DNA of 64,000 bases from assembly GCF_964213995.1 (NCBI RefSeq), contig NC_135804.1:68200001-68264000 (forward strand). Direction: 5' to 3'. This stretch comes from Mustelus asterias. Its lineage: Eukaryota. Position numbers and translations under genes: made by a program. Under the pieces are notes generated by a model that did no database searches, was not told the DNA's origin, and was given only the letters and a program-made list of their open reading frames with translations. Shown in pieces: positions 1 through 12,739 of the stretch (position 1 is its first letter; every line of letters begins with the position of its first letter).

Positions 1-2617
1 CAAAACCGAAGGGAGGACATCGAAAAGAAAGCTGATATCAATATTTTGAAAGGAACTTCAAAAATCATTCCCTCAGTCAGAGTGGCTGTGTTTAGTAAAT
101 TATTTATATTTAATATAAGCCTTACGCACAATCACAGCATGTGTGACCAACGGAAAATGTGTCAACGTTATGCTGATTTTGGACAGGTTAGTGCACTTTC
201 CTACTTCCATGAGGTAAAAGTTACGCCTGGCTTTACATGACACTTCAGCGCGCGCACATGCCTTTTCCAAGCCGTGTGAATGCCATGGACAGTGACTTTC
301 AGTTTTCTTGTCCGTTCCTCCACAATTATCCAGGAAATAAAAGGCCGTCTCCCGTACCATGGCGGGGGATTTTGTGCCGCTCTGGCTACAATTAATTATG
401 AGAGCTATGATAAGCAAGTCTAATAATTATTATTATAAACAAGTCTGATTTTCGTTTCATGTTATAAAATCCCCACCCGATACTTGTTGCATAATTGTGA
501 AGTATTTCGTTCCTGATGAATTAGCAGAACGGAAACAATTTGACATAGGGAACGTTGTCTTCAAAATTTTATTCAATCGCAAGACCAATATTATAACGCA
601 TGCATCTTCAATAATAATTTAGCTGGATGTGTTTGTATGGGAACAGCGCGGAACACTAAATCAACCTATTAGACGTTAGTTTTAGCTGCACAATCAAAGT
701 AATTGAACCAGGAGCATTCGCAGTTGCTAAATTTTGGAGGTTGGACAGATTGGAAGATAAGCCGTTTGCAAGGCGATAACCGTAGGTTACTATAAACCAC
801 ATTGCGAGAACATGCTTGACGTTTTGAATCATTAGTTCTTTAATTTAGCTCATAGTTTAATTATGCAACAAACATTTTCTAAGAAGAGAGTCACAACGAT
901 GAACAAAATAGCAGCTTACTTTGACAATTATTCCAAGCAGCGATATTACATGTCACAAAGACGGTCACAATTTTTTCATATTACAGGCGACACAAAAATG
1001 TGCATCAAAGTTGAATGTGCACGAGACGGAAACACGACTTTTTTAATCAGTAAGGGGAAAAGGATTAATAGAATAGGCGGGAAAGTGGAGTTGAGTACTA
1101 TCATATCAGATCAGTTCTGATGTAATTGAATAGCAGAGAAGACTCGATGTGCCGAATGCAGTAATTCTGCCCGTCTGAATTATGATCTAAAGCTAAAATC
1201 AGGTAATCTTCAAGCGCAGTAATTAACTACGAATATGTAAAAGGACATTTGCAACATTAAACTTGGCACAATCAAGAGCTGCCAGGAATGGCAGTTTGGC
1301 TCATTGACAGTTTCGTGGTAGCCAGACTCGTGATAAGTGCGACATAGGACTAACCCCACAGAAGAAATCAAATGTATCATCGGGTAAGACAGCAATGTAG
1401 TGACTGTACCCACTTCATCCAACGAGATAAATAACTTTCTGTTACATGTAATCTGTTTTCAGGTTAGTTGTTTATTCCCTCGGTCGCAAGGCAGATGTTT
1501 TAGTCTTGACATTTGCTCCTTGGCAAGAAATTGTGCCTCCAGCGTCACAAGTCAATGAAAGACCCACACAATCTCATCAATATCTAAATCAACGAAAAGA
1601 GAAAAAAACAGCCTTGGATATGTTAAATCGTTTGAATAAGTTGTTTCATTTTAACCACTGCTACATCCGTTGTCTTGTTTTGTAACCAACAGCATTCCCG
1701 TGAATAACTGTCACATTACCAGTCACGAAATTGTCACCTTTACATCAGCATATGACATCACAATCTAGCTTTTAATTTTTAAGGCATGTTTCAGCAGTAG
1801 CTGTTCTAATTTTTTATGTGCACAATATTAGTATTTGTAATAAAAAACGATTACGTCAACTAATAAAATGAAATTAATATTTGTAGGTTTTTCGGCTTAT
1901 ACGAAATGAATAAACGTTAAATAATTCTAGGCCATGTCTATAAATGAACACGATTTGGTGATGAATTTAAATTGTTAGAAGAGAAGCTGTAGCGGCTAAG
2001 TAAATTGTGTTCTCAGCTTTTTACTTTAATTGGTTAAAACAGCACCTTTACGATGCTTTTCCTTTTTTGGAAGCTACGAAATTGAGTAAAGTATGTGTAA
2101 AGTGGACGATTCCACTAAAAGTGTTTTCCGAAATAGTACAGCAATTTTCACTGCTCCTCATATATTTCGACATTCTTCCTCACAACTACTTATTTATATA
2201 AGTACCTTGCTGTCACGCTATGAGGGATACTTCACAATCAATATGAATTTCTCCTCTAAGATAACATGATAATCTTTCATAGCGCAGGCAAATTTAGACT
2301 TGAAGCTTCCTCTTTAATGACGAGCAATAAACAATGCACGAGGATGTTCGTATGCAATAATTCTTTAAGAACGCATCTGTTTAATAACATTGTACAAAAC
2401 TTTGGCAAAAATAAGTTTTTCATTGTCAAACAGTATACATATTACATGGCGAGGGTGCCTCAAAGTAAATGGCGCTGCGCGAAACGAAGGAAACAATCAC
2501 TCAGGATTTACGTCAATGAAAACGTTCAACATGGAACGCGTTCAGATTCACTAAAGTTCAACTTTATTCCGAGCTTTGCGAATAATTTTCGGCATTTACC
2601 GTTAGCGCTTCACCTAA

Positions 2618-2923
2618 TTAGCACTGCTGCCACACAATGCCATGGACCTGGGTTCAGTTCCGGCATCGGGTCACTATCATTGTGGAGTATGCACATTCTG
2701 CGCCTGTCTGCAGGGGTTTCCTCCAGGTGGTCCAGTTATCTCTCACTGTTCAAAGATGTGGGTGCTCGGTTGATTAGCCAATGCTAAATTGACCGTTATG
2801 TTAAAGGGGACCAACAGGGTAAATACATGTGTTTAATGGGATAGGGGCTGGCTGGAATTGTTGTCAGTGCAGGCTCAATAGGCCGAATGGTCCCCTTCTG
2901 CATTGTAGGCACCCTATGATTAT
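2618..2923 (+). mobile_element. HE1-like tRNA-derived SINE (5' truncated)
   Basis: ttagcactgctgcc, B-box-like gggttcagttcc, V-SINE core tgtggagt..gcacattct, and a CR1-like tail. Confidence 0.85.
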
Positions 2924-2964
2924 ATGCGGTGTGCAAGCTGTTGTACAGTGAGTTTTTTAGTTGA

Positions 2965-3261
2965 GTTTATTGATTTGTGTCAAGTGGGGTTACATTAACC
3001 CTGCAATGAAGTTACTGTGAAAATACCCGAGTCGCCACATCCCGGCGCCTATTTGGGCACACAGAAGGAGAATTTAGCAGGGCTAATGCACCTAACCAGC
3101 ACGACTTTCAGACTGCGGGAGGAAACCAGAGTACCCGAAGGAATCCCACGCAGACACGAGGAGAATGTGCAGACTCCACACAGACAGTGACCCAAGCCGG
3201 GAATCGAACCCGGGGTCCCAGGCACTGTGAGGAAGCAGTGCTAACCATTGTAGCACCATGG
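2965..3261 (-). mobile_element. HE1-like SINE
   Basis: Reverse complement of the SINE head (gggaatcgaaccc; gcagtgctaacca) and core, with a different 3' tail. Confidence 0.85.
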
Positions 3262-4156
3262 GTAAAACGCGCAAATGTTCTACCCCATGCTCTGTGGTAA
3301 TATTTTTCTTACCTTTAAAACAGGCGCCTTTTGAAATGGTCCACAATGATAATTGTCAGAATGAGAATCACGAGGAATCCTAATACAAAACGAGGAATCA
3401 GAGCAACGTGGAGCCTGTGAACTAACATACAGGAATTACAGGAATAATCTGTTCATTATACGTGGCCTGTTTCGGCTATAATAAAATGAGACAGACAAAT
3501 TCAGAATTTAAGAACGGGAATGAAATAAGTTGACCCATAATTTCAGTGTCTCTAATTACAATAGGATCGGCACTCTGTATGTGAATTTTGAATCAAGAAG
3601 GGAGGAAAATATTTATGTTCCGCCATACGTTCCCATTGTATTAAAAGCGGGAGAGTTGAGTTAACATAGGTAAGTCGAAGGATGAAGAAATCAGTCTGCA
3701 TAAAATCACCGATGCTCCGCGATTTGCCAAGTTCAGCAAATCCAAGCAAAATGCAATTTTGCCTCAAAGTGATATCTTATTTATATCCAACAGAGTAATC
3801 ATTTGCTAGTTACCAAATTACAGGATCACTTTTTTGAACTTGAAATATTCGCTTGACCACCACACTACACCGCACAACGCCATGTAATATTCCTCACTTT
3901 ACCTTGAAAAATACAGCTGTGGAATACTTTATTTTTGGTGAGTAACGTTAATATTCCTGGAATTAAGGTCTCAGTAGACTTGCTGGAATTAGTTGTTTTT
4001 CCTTGCTATGCGCAATTTATGCGCATATTAGAAAATATAATGATTTTAGTTGTTATATGTTTTATTTTCAGCATGTGGATCAAATTATAGGCTTCCAGAC
4101 CTTTAATAAGAATGGTAAATTGTGTCTGCAAAATGAGACATGGTTAGTAAGTTTAC

Positions 4157-4544
4157 AGTGTACGCAAACCAGCCTCCCATCCATTGACTCTGTCTACACT
4201 TCTCGCTGCCTCGGCAAAGCAGCCAGCATAATTAAGGACCCCACGCATCCCGTACATTTTCTTTTCCACCTTCTTCCATTGGGAAAAAGATACATAGGTC
4301 TCAGGTCACGTACCAACCGGCTCAAAAACAGCTTCTTCCCTGCCGCTGTCAGACTTTTGAATGGACTTACCTTGCATTAAGTTGATCTCTCTCTACACCC
4401 TAGCTATCACTGTAACACTGCATTCTGCACTCTCTCTTTTCCTTCTATATGAGCGGTATGCTTTGTCTGTATAGGGCGCAAGAAAGAATTGTCACATGTT
4501 AATACATGTGACAATAATAAATCAAATCAGATCAAATCAAAAAA
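4157..4544 (+). mobile_element. Rex1/Babar-type LINE 3' end
   Basis: LPSIDSVYTSRCLGKAASIIKDPTHP...RTNRLKNSFFPAAVRLLN, then aataaa and a (aatca)n tail. Confidence 0.8.
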
Positions 4545-5660
4545 GTTATCTAGGTTTGCAACAGAATCTTGATCAATCGGGCCAATCGGCTGATGAATGG
4601 TAGATGGAGTTTAGTTTAAATAAATGCGAGGTGATGCATTTTGGTCGATCAGCTGTGGGCAGGACCTACTCAGTTAATAGTAGGGCGTTGGGGAGAGTTA
4701 TAGAACAAAGAGATCTAGGGGTACAGGTTCATAGCTCCTTCAAAGTGGAGTCACAGGTGGACAGAGTGGTGAAGAAGACATTCGGCATGTTTGGTTTCAT
4801 TGGTCAGCCCATTGAATACACGAGTTGAGATATCTTGTTGAAGTTGTACATGATATTAGTAAGACCAACTTGGGATACTGTGTACAGTTCTGGGCATATC
4901 ATCATAGAAAGAATATTAATAAACTAGAAAGAGTGCATAAAAGATTTACGAGGATGCTACCGGGACATGATGGATTTAGTTATAAGGAGAGGCTTGAGAG
5001 ACTGGGATTTTTTTCCTGGAGGAAGGAGGCTTAGGGGTGATCTTGCAGAGGTCCATAAGATGATGAGGGGCATAGATCAGCTGGATAGTCAACATATTTT
5101 CCCAAAAACAGTGGAGCCTAAAACTAGAGGGCATAAGTTAAAGTTGAGAGCGGAGAGATTCAAAAGTGCCCAGAGGGTGGTGTGTGTCTGAAACAAGCTG
5201 CCAGAGGTAGTAGAAGAGGCAAGTACAATATAAAAGTACGATAAGGAGAGGTTGGATGGATTGGGACTCTTTTCCCTTGAGCACCTGAGGCTTAGCGGTG
5301 ATCTTATAGAGGTCTATAAAATATTGAGGGGAATAGAGAAGGCAGATAATCAACATCATTCCCCAGTCTAAAACAGGAGGTCATGAGTTTAAGATGAGAG
5401 CGGAGAGATACAAAGAGGTTTACAGGGGCATTTCTTTCACTCAGATGGTGGTCCATGTCTGGAACGACCTGTCAGATGCAGTAGTCGTGGTGGTACAGTT
5501 TTGTCTTTTAAGGTGCAGTTAGACAGTTCGACAGCTACAAGTGTAAGATGGGTATAGAGGGATATGGGGCAAACATGGGAACTTGGAACGAGCTTAGGTG
5601 TGAAAGGCAAGGGCGGCATGGACAACTGGTGCCGAAGGGCCCGTTTACATGCTTTAAACC
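4545..5660 (+). mobile_element. CR1/HER1 LINE 3' fragment with internal duplication
   Basis: MEFSLNKCEVMHFG, YCVQFW, LERVHKRFTRMLPG and LRGDLAEV motifs. The segment at ~4980-5170 is repeated at ~5240-5420. Confidence 0.85.
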
Positions 5661-5999
5661 TCAAAATGAAATTCCAAAATGATTTCCAGGTGAAGATCCT
5701 TGCGTTAACTATTCACCTACCGTACATGAAGTGCAAGATATTTGTACTACATAGCTGATTACAGAGATGTGAATTGAGGCTTTAACTGAATTTATTTAAC
5801 GTCCTGAATAGCGGTATGCTGGCGATTTTGGAACATCGGGGCATAATAACAAACGTCCTGCTTTATTCGATGAACAGACTTATCAAGTTTTACAAATTAG
5901 CTTTGAGACGTCGTAACAGAAAAACATGACTTGCATTCTGGTTTTTGAGCATTATGAATGCGATAGGCAAGATTATCTTACATAAACATAGGCGTAGAA

Positions 6000-7120
6000 T
6001 ACATAAATAACAGGAATAGGAGTAGGCCATTCGGAACTTCAAGACTCTATCTCCATTCATTCTGAGCATGGCAGATCATCCAAGTCAGCAAACTGATCCG
6101 GCCTTCTCCCATATCCTTTGATCTCATTCGCCCCAAGAGTTATATCTATAACTCCTTCCTCAAATCGTGCAATATTTTTGGCTACAACTGCTTTCTCTGG
6201 TAGCGAGTTGTAGAGGCTTACCGCTCTCGAGGTGAAGAAACATCACCTCATCTCAGTGTTAAAAGGTTTACCCCGTATCTTTAGACTATGCCCCATGGTG
6301 ATGCGCTCCCCAACATTACACCAAACTTCTTTTACCATATTGTCTAGTCCTTTTAGAATTTTCAATGTTTCTATGAGATTCCTCCTGCTCATTATTTTGA
6401 ACTCCAGCGAATAAATTCTTATCCGAATAAATCTCTCCTCATAAGTGAATCCCTCCGTTCCGGCGATAAGTCTGGTAAACATTCGCTGCACTCCCTCTGT
6501 AGCAAGAACGTCCTTCCTCAGATAATGAGACAGAAACTGAATACAGTATTCCAGGCGTTGTCTCTCCAAAGCCCTGCATATTTACAGCAAAACATGCTTG
6601 CTTCTGTAATCGCATCCTCTCTCTATGGTGGCCACAATGCAGTTTGTCTTATTTATCGCCTGCTGCACATACATGCTTATCTTGAATGACTGATGTACAA
6701 TTTCAGCCAGATTTCGTTGTACATTCCTCTCTCAATCGAAAGCCACTCAGATCATATTTTGGCTTCCAGCTTTTGCTGCCAAAGTGGATAATGTCACATT
6801 TATCCACATCATCCTGCACCCGCTATGCATTTGCCCACTCAATCAATTTTTCCAAACCTTTGTATCCCCATCAAAACTCACCCTCCCACCCAGTTTTGTG
6901 TCATCTCCAAAGTTGGAGATATTGCATTCAGTTCCATCATTTAAATCATCCATATATTGTGAATACCTGAATTCCTAGCAGTGATCCCTGCTGTACTCCA
7001 CCAGTCAATGCATGCCTTTCGGAAAAAGACCAGTTTATTCTAACTCTTTGTTTCCTGTGCGCCAGACAGTTTTCTATTCATCTCAATATACTGTCCCCAA
7101 TCCGAAACGCTTTTATTTTG
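6000..7120 (-). mobile_element. CR1 LINE fragment
   Basis: LEYCIQFLS..EGVQRMFTRLI..RRNLIETLKILKG (ORF 6243-6569) and a typical CR1 3' tail. Confidence 0.85.
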
Positions 7121-7515
7121 CACGAGGTAATAAGCATAAGAAAATAAATGTCAACATTGAATAGCTATGGTCGATCTTTCTTGGACAGAAGAAAAAGTCG
7201 ACTAAGGAATCATGATTCATAGAATGGAAAGACATTACAGCTACTGTTCATGACATTCGAGAATATTTAAAGAGGAAGTATTGATTGAGGACTGCAGCTG
7301 TGGAGCAAACAGATGCAATTTCTGCAAGCAAATGTTATTTTCAATGGACAAGGGAACAGGGCTCTTTCCCATGACAAGTAATTTGATGCAGATAAAACAT
7401 TGGGCATAAAGGACCAGTGTTTTCGAAAGTTATTCCGGGAAATGGAACGACAGAATTGGAAACAGAAAATTCCACGGTCTTGGTCTAGATGGGCTTCTAC
7501 CATTTAGCAATGACT

Positions 7516-7677
7516 TTACTGCATACTCCAACCACAACGTCCGTTTGCAGAGTTGAAATGTGTCAGTGTGAGGAGAATGACAGTTGATTTTAAGAAAGTG
7601 GACGATACCCATGAGACGCCATATAAGGACATTACTTTCAGTATCGGTGAATCGTGGTCTCTCGTCTCGTTAATAAT
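7516..7677 (-). other. Candidate stalk/TM/short-tail segment, out of phase with the C1 exon
   Basis: After acceptor tttatttacag it reads, in phase 0, IINETRDHDSPILKVMSLYGVSWVSSTFLKSTVILLTLTHFNSANGRCGWSMQ*. The phase 1 required by the C1 donor gives D-Y-stop, and the intron would be only 51 nt. Confidence 0.3.
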
Positions 7678-7728
7678 CTGTAAATAAATAATCTTAATAA
7701 AACTTGTTTGCTCCACTATTTGGCTCAC

Positions 7729-8028
7729 CTTTCCAATTTAGAACATTGAAGCTGGCATTAACCGGAATAATAAGCGTGCGATGAGTTACTTGGCACGTTA
7801 CGTAACGGTCAGTTCGTGTGACAACCAAATAGCTGAAAAGTTCATAAAGTCCTTCGGAATTTAGATATTTAAATGTATTTATCCCAGTTGCAACACGAAA
7901 GCCATCCTTGTACCAAGTTACATTGATACCATCCGGGTAAAAAGCCGCCGTTTTACACGAAATAATTAGAGACTCGGGTGTCTTATTTGCAAGTAACTCG
8001 GACTTGATGCTCAACGGAATTGGAGGAA
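7729..8028 (-). CDS. Ig C1-set exon
   Basis: Acceptor tttattttgcag|TT and donor G|gtgagc enclose 300 open nt, phase 1-1. C1 hallmarks: ISCKTAAFYPDGINVTWYKDG, GLYELFSYLVV, VTCQVTHRTL. Read-through adds GEPNSGANKFY* (stop 7694-7696). Confidence 0.95.
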
Positions 8029-9564
8029 CTGCAAAATAAAGCAGAAACAGACGCATTACAACGACTATGTTCATCTCTGCTTTGTAACCAACATTTCGCC
8101 CAGTCATTAGATTTGCACTGTCCTTAAATTTACTGTGATACTTTGCACTGACGTTCACGACGATTAGAGAGCAATTTTCTATTGCACCCTTTAAAGGGTA
8201 TAGAGAAATAGTGTGAGGAGTGCAAACAGCTGGGCATCTCTTTTATGCATTAAGTTCAATACAAAGAAAACGTGTAATGTCTTTCTAAACCATGGAATAT
8301 TCGCTCGCATATCCAATTCAATGGAAACAGACAGACAAAGTCAAATTGCGAACAAATAAATGTATTATTAAGGAAAAGTGATGAATGAGGCAGAAAAAAA
8401 TCAAACATTTGCATTGTACTAATATCTTCCTAAATTGCCAACCATAAGTAAAATCTGGACAAATGCGACTATCGTTATATTAATCGTTGCAAGAGAGACA
8501 GCAGATTAAAAACATTCTTTGCTTGAGTTCTGAATTGTTTGGACGAATTCAGTAGTTACGATTTAATTAAGTATAATACACTAACGCCTTTCCAATGCTA
8601 TCTCGGAGAGCTACGGTTTCACCGAAACGGCTAGAGAAACCGCACTCTGCGAGAAAAAAAAATCCCGATATCGTTGTTTGACTGTTCTTAGCTGGTGGAT
8701 CAAATTTGCTCCAGCATTAACAAAGGGAAGTCCTATTATGCACCGCCGTCAAATGTAAAACGAAGTCGACTCTAAAGTGGTGAAGTTTCACAAGGGGCGA
8801 ATCGATAGAAAAGGGGACAACAATTAATATTTTAATCCAGGGCACCGAAAATACAATTATAACTAATTCTCGAAATTAATGTTTGATATAATCCTATCTT
8901 AAATATGTCGCAGTTGAGTGATTTTCGAGACACTGTTGGATTTTATTTTTCAGGACTGAAAGCCTGGTGTTCAATGCAGTCTATAAAGAATCGAGAGGAT
9001 AGTTTCAAGAACAATAGTTTTCCTTCCGAACGGCTAGATTTTCATGTTGGCCGATGCAGTGATGGAAGCCAATTGGTAGTTCCATTACACAACACTTCCC
9101 AATGCATTTTATTGACTTAAATTTAAATATAAACCACAAGAGCGTAAAACGTGCTCCCAATTCGTTACATTCCGCTTTGGCGGAAAGTCAGGATCGACAG
9201 AAACTTCTTCATCAATCGAATAGCAATGGTGTTGAATTTCAGTTCTCACACACAACCCTGGATTAATTGAATTGTTATCACAGTGGAAATCGCTTTATAT
9301 CGGCTTAATATTTTCTTGTGTCTACCACCTCCCCACCGCTCCCCCCCCCCACCCCCCGCCCTTGACTTTTTATGTTATTTTGCATCACCGCATTAAGACT
9401 TCGAGTATAATTTTCAATTGTAACGCAAAGAATGGATTGATTGCAAATGTTTCTCATCAGAGCTATTGGAAAACGATAAGCAATGAACATAGTAATTTCA
9501 TACATATGCGATTTCACCTGTTATGAATTATAAAATGAATGATGTGTGGGCGATTTTCGCTTAC

Positions 9565-9885
9565 CGTAGATAACAAGCTTTGACCCAGTTCCATTTGCAA
9601 AGAGGCGATCCAGATGTTTTACTCCGCAATAATAGACCCCTGAGTCCGCGGCGTGGACTTTCAGGAGCTGAAGAGTGGCTTCACCTTTCTTCAAAAGACG
9701 AATTACTTTTCTGCTGTCCGATCGTGACTGCAGAAAGTCAGTATCGCCCAGTTTCCACCAATATATATTCACATTCGAAATATCATTAAAAAGAGGAAAC
9801 GCGCAATAAAAGGTGACGTTTTCACCTGCCAGCCGGTGAGCACTTTCGGGGGCTTGGGACACTTTTCTCTGACCATCAGCAACAT
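9565..9885 (-). CDS. Germline-joined V-J type Ig V-set exon
   Basis: Acceptor ttcctcacag|AT and donor G|gtaagc enclose 321 open nt: DVADGQRKVSQAPESAHRLAGENVTFYC...NIYWWK...ATLQLLKVHAADSGVYYCGVKHLDRLFANGTGSKLVIY. It has the B-strand Cys, C-strand Trp, DxGxYYC and a J-like GxGSxLxI strand. Confidence 0.95.
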
Positions 9886-10066
9886 CTGTGAGGAAGAAAT
9901 GCAAACAATAAGATCATCTATGGCAAAAAAGGAGAAAAAAGGAAAGATTTCGAACCGATCGGAGAGATGAGGCATGGCTGAGGGGGGTGGTGGGGGGCGG
10001 GTGGTTAGGGTGGAAGGGAGGATGTGTTCGGAGGGGGAGTGCGGTGGTAAGGCGTCAAATACTTAC

Positions 10067-10124
10067 CTGCGTGAATAATGATGAGAACATTTACACATAG
10101 ATGCAAAACAGCGTCCAGAAGCAT
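10067..10124 (-). CDS. Leader (signal peptide) exon of a V-C1 IgSF gene
   Basis: ATG at 10124 reads MLLDAVLHLCVNVLIIIHA plus 1 nt (58 nt), followed by a consensus donor G|GTAAGT. Phase 1 matches the V exon acceptor 180 nt downstream. Confidence 0.85.
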
Positions 10125-10574
10125 TTCCAACAATAGAAACTATCAGTTCGCTACTCGGTGAAACTTGAGCCTAGTTTGTTCCGAAATAGAATACAAAATT
10201 AACTCGCCAAGTTAGGTCCATGTGCTGTCCGTGTAGCGGATGAGGCAAGGCAACCGATGTGGGAACGATTAGTCCTGAGCATCATACGTAGTCAGCACAT
10301 TTGAATAATTATTCGTGAATAACCGCAGAGCTTTGTTTCTGGGCTGATCAACCTAATGGTCGACGTGGAAAACGTGACAGGAATGGATAATTAAACTGAT
10401 ATTCATAATTAAATATAAGTGGCTGATAAAATTGAAAATATTATTTCAGCACTGAATTATATTTTAAATTAGTTTAACGGGTTCACCATCATTGCTCAAG
10501 GCTAAAGATGGTGAAGTGTGCGACAAATGAAAATTGACGTGCATTCATTAAACAAATCGCATCGGGAAGGTTAA

Positions 10575-12130
10575 GAACATATGTATTAGGAGCGGGAGTA
10601 GACAGTTCAGCCCATCGAGCCCGCTTCGCCGTTTACTATGGTCTTAACTTCGTCTCAACTGCACTCCCCTGTCTGCTCCCTATAACCCTTTATCCTGCTT
10701 TTTAGCAGAACTCAATCTATTTCTTTCCTGAAGCAGTTGATTGATTCTGCCTTCACTGCACTCTGGGGTAGTCAATTCCACAAATTCACGATCCTCTGAG
10801 AGAAGTAGTTTCTCGTCCTCTCAGTTTTGAATCTACCTGCCCTCACTCTATATCTGTGACATCTAGTTTTTGATTGTCCCACAAGGGGAACATCTGTTCA
10901 ACGTCCACCTGATCATTCCCCTTTAGCATTTTGTATATGTCGATCAGAACCTCCGTTCTGAACTCCAGCAGGAACAAGCCCAACTGGTAACAAACTAACT
11001 GCGCTGAGGCTAATGCACGTGGGTGCCTGTTCGTAATTTCTGCGAACCCTTCTCCATATAACAATAAAACCATAGATATGACCATTTGGCCCGTCTTGTC
11101 CATGCTGACCCATTGACATCTAGGTGTCCTTTCTAATCCCATCTTCCTGCACACGGCCCATGGTGCTGCAGAGTACAGCACTTACAGAGCAGAAATGCGT
11201 ACTTTTCGAGGGTTAAGGGTTTATGCTTCTACCACAAACTCATGCAGCGAGATCCAGACACCCACCATGTTCTGCGTAAAAAAAACATTTGCTGAAATGC
11301 CCTGTAATCCTGCTGCCACTTAGCTTGAATCTATGACCCTTAGTTATTGAACTCTCTGCTAAGGGAAAGAGGTTCTTCCTATCTAGTCTCTTCCTCTACC
11401 CCTCACAAAACACCTCAATCCTGTCACCACTCAGCCTTCTCTGTTCCAAGGAAAACAACCCCAATCTCTCCAATCTCTCCTCGTAGCCCTGGTAGCAAAT
11501 CGTCTTTGCAGTCTTTCCAGCGCAATTCTGTCCTTCCTTGAAAGTAGTGACCAGAACTGCGCACAATACCCAAATGTGGCCTCACCAGGGTCTTACACAA
11601 TCCCATCATTATATCCCGAGTTTTGTTATCTTTACTTCTGTCAATGAAGGAGAGTTTCATATATGCCTCCTTTACAACTTTATCTACCTGTGCTGCAAAT
11701 TCTAGTGACTCTGCATGTGCAAGCCAAGATTTCTCACTTCATCTACCACTCTCAGCATCTTCCGGTGTATTGTGTATTTCCTTCAGCTGTTTGACGTCGT
11801 GAAATGCACCACTTCGCACTGATCAGAGTTGAACTCTATCTGCCACTTTCCTGACCACTCCACCAACTCACCTTTGTCATTTTGGACAGTTATCCTCTAT
11901 CCGGCATTTTTTTGTTTCGCGTGCAAATTTCCCAATTGTCTCCCAAATCATTAATATATTTTTAAAAGTAGCTGGGGCTCCAGGACCAAGCTCTGTGAAA
12001 TACCACTTGAAACCGCTTTCCATCTGCAAGTCCACCCATCGACCATTATCATTTGTTTCCTGTTGTTCAGGCAATTTGCCACATTACCCTGTTTCCCATG
12101 ATTTTTTTATTGTTTTGACCAATCTACCGT
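10575..12130 (-). mobile_element. CR1 LINE fragments (nested)
   Basis: LIDIYKMLKGNDQVDVEQMFP and LCKTLVRPHL motifs; two 3' ends. Confidence 0.8.
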
Positions 12131-12739
12131 TGAATCTGCGTCCATCCAATATTTTTTGTTGTAGCCAATAGTTCCATCTAAAGGTTGCCTGAATGGCACA
12201 GCCAGGAAGTAGCTCCATATGAAATAAAACCTATCTGACAATTTCATCCTCTAATGTGCTGGGCAAAAAGCGCAGGAATGCAAATCACAAAGATTTGAGC
12301 ATTTGCATTTCCATTATTACTGCTTTCCAGCGCCATTGCTTTACAGAAGTTCACAATTCCTGCTTGAAACTGATGCATATCCAAAGCTAATCAGAGGGGA
12401 CATTCAAAACAGAGCACACAATTGTAAACGTAGCCATACTGGCTATCGTCAGCACACATTGAAAGTAAAGCAATTATGACATCACTTAGGTGTGGATGTT
12501 CAGTATTTAAATATTTCTTTCAACTTCTAGCATCTTGTATCTTTTCAATACAATCGCTTACCCATCCAAATGTCCCCGTGTAAAGATTGGCCAGCTGAAT
12601 ATAATTAAAACATGTCGCCATTTAGTCCAATTATTAACACAAGGTAGGTCAACATACAATGTTGGTCAGCTTTGCATAAATCATACATTTTCATTGAATT
12701 TTAATACACATTGATGCTCGAAAAATTATCTAGTTATCT

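Noticed and set aside
100-417. 105-aa Cys-containing ORF with a hydrophobic start
   Set aside because: Non-ATG start, no recognisable domain, and no supporting splice structure.
1722-1765. IVMSYADVKV ITIM-like peptide on the minus strand downstream of the gene
   Set aside because: The preceding AG has no pyrimidine tract and there is no supported link to the gene.
9279-9320. CACAGTG heptamer in the V-C1 intron as a possible RSS
   Set aside because: There is no nonamer at 12 or 23 nt. Several other CACAGTG/CACTGTG hits lie in SINE A-box regions.
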